Assembly (NCBI GenBank): GCA_902793465.1
Contig: CADBDT010000007.1
Coordinates: 14,322 to 78,321, forward strand
Source: an uncultured Coriobacteriaceae bacterium
GTDB taxonomy: Bacteria; Actinomycetota; Coriobacteriia; Coriobacteriales; Atopobiaceae
DNA: 64,000 nucleotides
Reading direction: 5' to 3'
Shown here: positions 59,973 to 64,000 of the stretch, in pieces
Position numbering within the stretch: the stretch's first letter is position 1
How the letters are laid out: every line of letters begins with the position of its first letter
Translations under genes and position numbers: made by a program
The notes under the pieces: generated by a model
Databases searched by the model: none
Told to the model about the DNA's origin: nothing
What the model saw: the letters and a program-made list of their open reading frames with translations, nothing else

Positions 59973-60074
59973 AATAAATGGCGCAGCACTTGTCTGTGAA
60001 GAAAAAAATCTTGTACGTCAACTGGGATTATAGTGACAAAAACTCACACACTAGCAAGTGCTGCGCCATTATTT
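59973..60074. repeat. 16-bp perfect inverted repeat flanking a 62-nt AT-rich segment that contains TATAAT
   Basis: AATGGCGCAGCACTTG (ends at 59992) and CAAGTGCTGCGCCATT (starts at 60055). A minus-strand TATAAT at 60027-60032 points toward cmk/plsC. Confidence 0.6.
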
Positions 60075-60162
60075 AAGTTGTTGATAAGCCCATGCCAACA
60101 AGACCGCACGACCACGGATAGCTCCCTCAGGCTGTCCGAAAGGTAGCGCCAACCTGGAACTT

Positions 60163-61218
60163 CTACTCCGTCCAGGGAAGCCGAATGTTCGAAAGCTCCA
60201 GCTCGTTTACGCTTTGCAGGTCGTATTCGATTCCGTTGCGCTCCAGCTCCTCCAAAAACGCGTTTACAAAAATGGGGTTCGAGAACACCTGAATAAAATC
60301 GAGCGTAAACCTTCCGTTGACTGCCGACACTTCGATGGTCATACCGTTTGCCGCGGAGCTTGTCCAGAGGCTGAAGTCCTTAACATAGCGCTCCGCCTCT
60401 TTAAAGTCTGCCTTCCCTACGTAGCTCACACTCACGGTTATAACGTCTTTTGCAACAGCACCAATAGCTTTTGTAAGCTCAACCCTCTCTTGATCGCTGT
60501 TCTTGGAAAGTAGCATTTGTGCAATGCCGCTTTGTGAGGCCACTCCTGCTAAGACCACATCCTCTTTGGTTTGCTCAGAGACCATCTTTCGATAGATTGG
60601 GGCCTGCTCGTCGATGGGCAGGTTGCGCATCTTCTCCCCGTATTCCAAAAACGCCGCTCCAACCAAACAATGATGTGCCAGCGGCACATGTAGTGCCTTT
60701 CGCTGGTCAACGCAAAGAGAAACGTTGATGATGTTCTTCGGATTTGGATAGAGCCTTGCGATAGCGCGACTAAAGAGCAGCGATACCATTGTTGCGGGGC
60801 TACCGTTGTTCTTGGTGGTAAACCTCATAAATTCGTCCTCGCGAATGGCAACGCTGTAGACGGTGTGCGTTTTGTCGTCTTGCAGGCCAGCAGAGTCTAT
60901 GAGACTCAACGCTTTGGGCATCTCGTTGCGCGGGGGAATTGGGAGATCCGTCCTATCCACCACGGGATCTGCCCACTCCGCTGCGGGGATTTGGTCTCCT
61001 GCCAGGCGGATGCCCTCCTCGCTCAAAGCGATTCCGTACCGTTTGGAGCAGTAATAGTACAGCAGCGTTCGAATAACCTCATAGGCTCCAGTACCATCCG
61101 TCATTCCGTGAAAGACGTCCAGCATAATCCAGTTGTCCCACCACGAGAAGGCAATCATATGATAGTTGGAATCCTCTGAGTTAAGCTCAACGCCGTGGGA
61201 CGAATTGGCAACGACCAC
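60163..61218 (-). CDS. HxxxDG acyltransferase (alcohol-acetyltransferase / condensation-domain-like), apparently 5'-truncated
   Basis: LDVFHGMTDGTGAYEVIRTLLYYY is the catalytic HxxxDG box of this fold, but it sits only about 37 aa from the ORF start (normally more than 100 aa). GTG start, and visibly lower GC than the flanks. Confidence 0.5.
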   Translation of the reverse strand: MVVANSSHGVELNSEDSNYHMIAFSWWDNWIMLDVFHGMTDGTGAYEVIRTLLYYYCSKRYGIALSEEGIRLAGDQIPAAEWADPVVDRTDLPIPPRNEMPKALSLIDSAGLQDDKTHTVYSVAIREDEFMRFTTKNNGSPATMVSLLFSRAIARLYPNPKNIINVSLCVDQRKALHVPLAHHCLVGAAFLEYGEKMRNLPIDEQAPIYRKMVSEQTKEDVVLAGVASQSGIAQMLLSKNSDQERVELTKAIGAVAKDVITVSVSYVGKADFKEAERYVKDFSLWTSSAANGMTIEVSAVNGRFTLDFIQVFSNPIFVNAFLEELERNGIEYDLQSVNELELSNIRLPWTE

Positions 61219-61413
61219 AGGCCGATTGAGTACAGCATGCGTAGCTCTGTGTATAGCCTTTGCTCCATAGTGTCCCCCGCAAACAATTGGTTAACGCACC
61301 GGCGCCATCTTGCAGCTTGTAACGTTAATAACCAAGATTGCTGCGCAAACGCCCACCTAACGATAAAAGAGTCTAACAGTTAATGCCTTCTGGCATTTCG
61401 AAAAAAGCGTTCT

Positions 61414-61507
61414 GATTGGGGATACTCCCCTACGGGTACATTGCGGGAATCCCCGCTCGTTATTAGAGGACTATTCGCGATGTGCCCGATGTGGAGTATC
61501 CCCAATC
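61414..61507. repeat. Family-2 structured repeat, copy 5
   Basis: GATTGGGGATACTCCCCTACGGGTACATTGCGG...CGCGATGTGCCCGATGTGGAGTATCCCCAATC. It ends 46 nt after the rluB stop. Confidence 0.88.
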
Positions 61508-61553
61508 GGCACAGTCCACGTCACGTCAAGCAAAAAGCTCACGAAAGCGCATG

Positions 61554-62330
61554 TTACCTCTGCTTGCCAAGTGCCACGATTGCCTCTATGCTCGCGACCT
61601 CGCGCTCGTCGAGCATGCGCCACGCGCCCTCTTTGCAGCCCTTGAGCCCAAGTGGCCCGAAGGTGTCTCTATGCAGTTTTACCACGTTGTGGCCAATTGC
61701 CGCCAGCATGCGCTTTACCTGGTGCTTTCGTCCTTCCTTAAGGGTAATCCCAACCACCGAGGTGTTGTTTTGCGCCTTCGCTTGCACGAGCTCGACCTCG
61801 GCGGGCTGGGCTGGCCCATCGTCGAGCATTATTCCACCTCTTATGCGATCGAGCTCATGCTGTGTGGGAACCCCCTCAACCGTGGCCACATAATGCTTGC
61901 TCACGTGCCTGGAGGGATGAAGCAGCTGTTGGGCGGCATCGCCGTTTGTGGTAAACAGGAGCAGACCGGTGGTGTCGGCATCCAGCCGGCCAACGGGAAA
62001 GAGCCCAGGATATTTGTTACAAGGAACCAGACTCGCAACACATCTTCTGCCATGGGGATCGCTCATGGTCGTTAGGTATCCGGCGGGCTTGTTGAGCACC
62101 AAATACGTCGGGCGCTCCGCCAGTCGCACCTCCTGTCCATCCACCGTCACGGTGTCCGTTAGGGGGTCAACCTTGCTCCCCAGCTCGCTTACCACAACGC
62201 CGTTTACCCGCACGCGCCCGGCAGTCATAAGCTTTTCTGAGCCACGCCGACTAGCCACCCCAGCGCGTGCGAGAAATCGCTGCAGACGCATAGGTACAAT
62301 GCGTTCCTCACTCGCCATCCGCAGATCCAT
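61554..62330 (-). CDS. rluB: rRNA pseudouridine synthase (RluB/RsuA family)
   Basis: S4 domain RLQRFLARAGVASRR and catalytic VGRLDADTTGLLL. The true start may be an internal Met (62318 or 62291), because the listed start overlaps scpB. Confidence 0.88.
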   Translation of the reverse strand: MDLRMASEERIVPMRLQRFLARAGVASRRGSEKLMTAGRVRVNGVVVSELGSKVDPLTDTVTVDGQEVRLAERPTYLVLNKPAGYLTTMSDPHGRRCVASLVPCNKYPGLFPVGRLDADTTGLLLFTTNGDAAQQLLHPSRHVSKHYVATVEGVPTQHELDRIRGGIMLDDGPAQPAEVELVQAKAQNNTSVVGITLKEGRKHQVKRMLAAIGHNVVKLHRDTFGPLGLKGCKEGAWRMLDEREVASIEAIVALGKQR

Positions 62331-63036
62331 CCATGTCTACCGGCGCGCCCTCGCCTGAGGCCAGCATGTCCAGCACTTCTTCGTCCAGCTCGTCCACGCT
62401 GCCAAGGAGCTCCTGCTCCTCGTCCAGGTCCTCGGCGACCTCCTCCAAAGACACCGCCTCGCTTCGACCAGACAGCCTCTCCCTAATAAAGCGCTGCGCC
62501 TCCTCGTCGGGGGCAAAGTCCTCGAGCGGCGGCAGGTCCTTTGTAGAGCGAAGGCCAAAGGTCTCCAAAAACGTGGTGGTTGTCCCAAACAGCGCAGCCT
62601 GTCGGGCGTCCTTGCCCACCTCACGCACGAGGCCCTTCTCGCGCAGGGAGGCAATAACTCCGTCGGAGTTAACGCCTCGAACGGACCGCACGCCCTCGCG
62701 CGAAACCGGCTGGTGGTATGCGATGACCGCAAGCGTTTCCAAGGCCGCCTGCGAAAGGCGACGCTTGTCCCAGGAAAGCACGTATGCCTGCACTTGGTCG
62801 TGGTATGCGGGATGCGTAAACAGCCGCCAGCCGCCTGCGACCTCGCGCAGCTGGATTCCCCTGTTCGCGTCTGCGTAGTTGGCGCTCAGCTCGCGCAATG
62901 CCGACTCCGTCTGCTGTTCGTCCGCCTGCGCCGCCTGAGCGAGCTCGCGCACGGAAACCGCATCGGTGGACACCAGCAGCAGCGACTCCAGAATGCCCTT
63001 GAGCGATCCCTGGTCTATGGTAGAAACCTCACGCAT
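62308..63036 (-). CDS. scpB: Segregation and condensation protein B
   Basis: LKGILESLLLVSTDAVSVRELA winged-helix N-terminus and an acidic tail. TAATG overlap with scpA. Confidence 0.9.
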   Translation of the reverse strand: MREVSTIDQGSLKGILESLLLVSTDAVSVRELAQAAQADEQQTESALRELSANYADANRGIQLREVAGGWRLFTHPAYHDQVQAYVLSWDKRRLSQAALETLAVIAYHQPVSREGVRSVRGVNSDGVIASLREKGLVREVGKDARQAALFGTTTTFLETFGLRSTKDLPPLEDFAPDEEAQRFIRERLSGRSEAVSLEEVAEDLDEEQELLGSVDELDEEVLDMLASGEGAPVDMDGSADGE

Positions 63037-63848
63037 TAGTATTCCTCTCCATCAATGCTGGTAAGGGCCTCCTCGTCCAGCTCAAACGCAGGGGCGCCCT
63101 CCACCCTTGCAATGTCTATCTCGCCAAAGACCTGCGACTGCATTACCGTAATGGAGCCGCGCTTAAAGAGCTCCAGCATCGCAAGAAACGTGGCGACTAT
63201 CGACTCCGGCGACGTGTTGCCCTCCAGCAACTCGGAAAACGTAACCACACCCCGAGTACGCGTTATTCGATCCACTGCTGCAACCGTGAGGACTATGGGC
63301 ATGCGCTTTGGCGCAACGTGTTCCGCATCCAAGAGGAAGCTCTCGCGCCGCGCGGTAAGGTCTGCGGCTATGACCCCCAGACTTCGCAACGTTATGCCTT
63401 CCAGGTAGTCGGGCATGAGTCCCATGAACTCGGGATCGGGACCCGCGGTACGCGGCACCATAAGGGATTCCGCTTCCATGCGGCTTCCCAGTGATGCACC
63501 CGCGTTCCTAAACTGCTTGTATGCCACAAGCCTTGCCACCAGCACCTCGCGCGCCTCGTCGGGCGAGAGGTTTTCCAGCTCATCCTCCTCCAAGTCTTCC
63601 AACGGACGCCGTATGGGCTCCGCCGGAACGAGCGATGCAGCCTTCATGTCTAGGAGCGTGGATGCAACCAGTACGAAGTCGCTCGCAACCTCCAGGTCCA
63701 TCTCGCCCATGCGCCGGACCTCTTCGAGGTACTGGTCGGCCACCTCGGCAATGGATATGGAACCAATGGCAAGCTTCTGGCGGCTCACCAGCGTAAGCAG
63801 GAGGTCAAACGGTCCCGAGAACGCCTGCGTGCGAACCCTATACGACAT
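63036..63848 (-). CDS. scpA: Segregation and condensation protein A
   Basis: FSGPFDLLLTLVSRQKL N-terminal signature. Start refined to ATG 63848. Confidence 0.9.
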   Translation of the reverse strand: MSYRVRTQAFSGPFDLLLTLVSRQKLAIGSISIAEVADQYLEEVRRMGEMDLEVASDFVLVASTLLDMKAASLVPAEPIRRPLEDLEEDELENLSPDEAREVLVARLVAYKQFRNAGASLGSRMEAESLMVPRTAGPDPEFMGLMPDYLEGITLRSLGVIAADLTARRESFLLDAEHVAPKRMPIVLTVAAVDRITRTRGVVTFSELLEGNTSPESIVATFLAMLELFKRGSITVMQSQVFGEIDIARVEGAPAFELDEEALTSIDGEEY

Positions 63849-64000
63849 TCCAGATTCCCAACAGTAGGTTAGACAGATTCCCCGCAGTGGCATTTATATA
63901 CATAGCCACCGGATTTACGTGCAGCACCATGGGCACCAGATACATTATTCCTATGAGCACGGGCAGCGAGTATCGCTGCACCTGGTAGTACCAGCGACGC
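63838..64000 (-). CDS. C-terminal fragment of a hydrophobic (membrane) protein running off the window end
   Basis: Own translation: ...RRWYYQVQRYSLPVLIGIMYLVPMVLHVNPVAMYINATAGNLSNLLLGIWNVV*. It overlaps the scpA start by 11 nt. Function not assignable. Confidence 0.4.
   Translation of the reverse strand, partial: RRWYYQVQRYSLPVLIGIMYLVPMVLHVNPVAMYINATAGNLSNLLLGIWNVV

Noticed and set aside
13800-61507. Whether the dispersed repeats could be a CRISPR array or a degenerate array.
   Set aside because: The copies are 2-30 kb apart and separated by ordinary genes. They are 80-190 bp long palindromes rather than 25-40 bp direct repeats with regular spacers, and there are no cas genes in the window.

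Overview
64-kb chromosomal window from a high-GC Gram-positive bacterium. Gene content and order look like Actinomycetota, class Coriobacteriia, but I cannot verify this without a database. About 90% of the genes are on the minus strand. Most of the window is a housekeeping backbone: rnc-acpP-plsX-rpmF-yceD, coaD-rsmD-recG, DAK2-Asp23-rpmB, rsmB-fmt-def-priA, metK, a GlpA-like flavoprotein operon, nfo-coaBC, nifS-rpe, glgB, gpsA-plsY-der, ispH, cmk/plsC, rluB-scpB-scpA. Three things stand out. (1) A roughly 12-kb accessory block sits between priA and metK. It carries a HIRAN/DUF4428/SPFH-Zn-ribbon/lipoprotein operon, a DUF4160/DUF2442-HTH pair with a palindromic operator, a double-glycine-leader peptide remnant, an AbiEi/AbiEii type IV toxin-antitoxin pair, and a TerB-N/DUF2791 ATPase/DEVH helicase triad that I read as a Shango anti-phage system starting 10 nt after the metK stop codon. 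(2) Two families of long structured palindromic repeats occur at least 10 times. Each has an invariant core and copy-specific, self-complementary arms, and most copies lie 4-46 nt downstream of a stop codon. I do not recognise either as a named family. (3) There are several smaller oddities: Rosetta-stone fusions (HAD-TPK, Cmk-PlsC), a peptide/CmpB-like/peptide locus beside an ECF sigma plus VanY-like lipoprotein, candidate operators, and a low-GC islet with a truncated acyltransferase. I found no rRNA, tRNA, CRISPR array, integrase or transposase. All functional calls come from motif recognition by eye on the supplied translations, with no searches run. Start codons were refined by hand using Shine-Dalgarno context.
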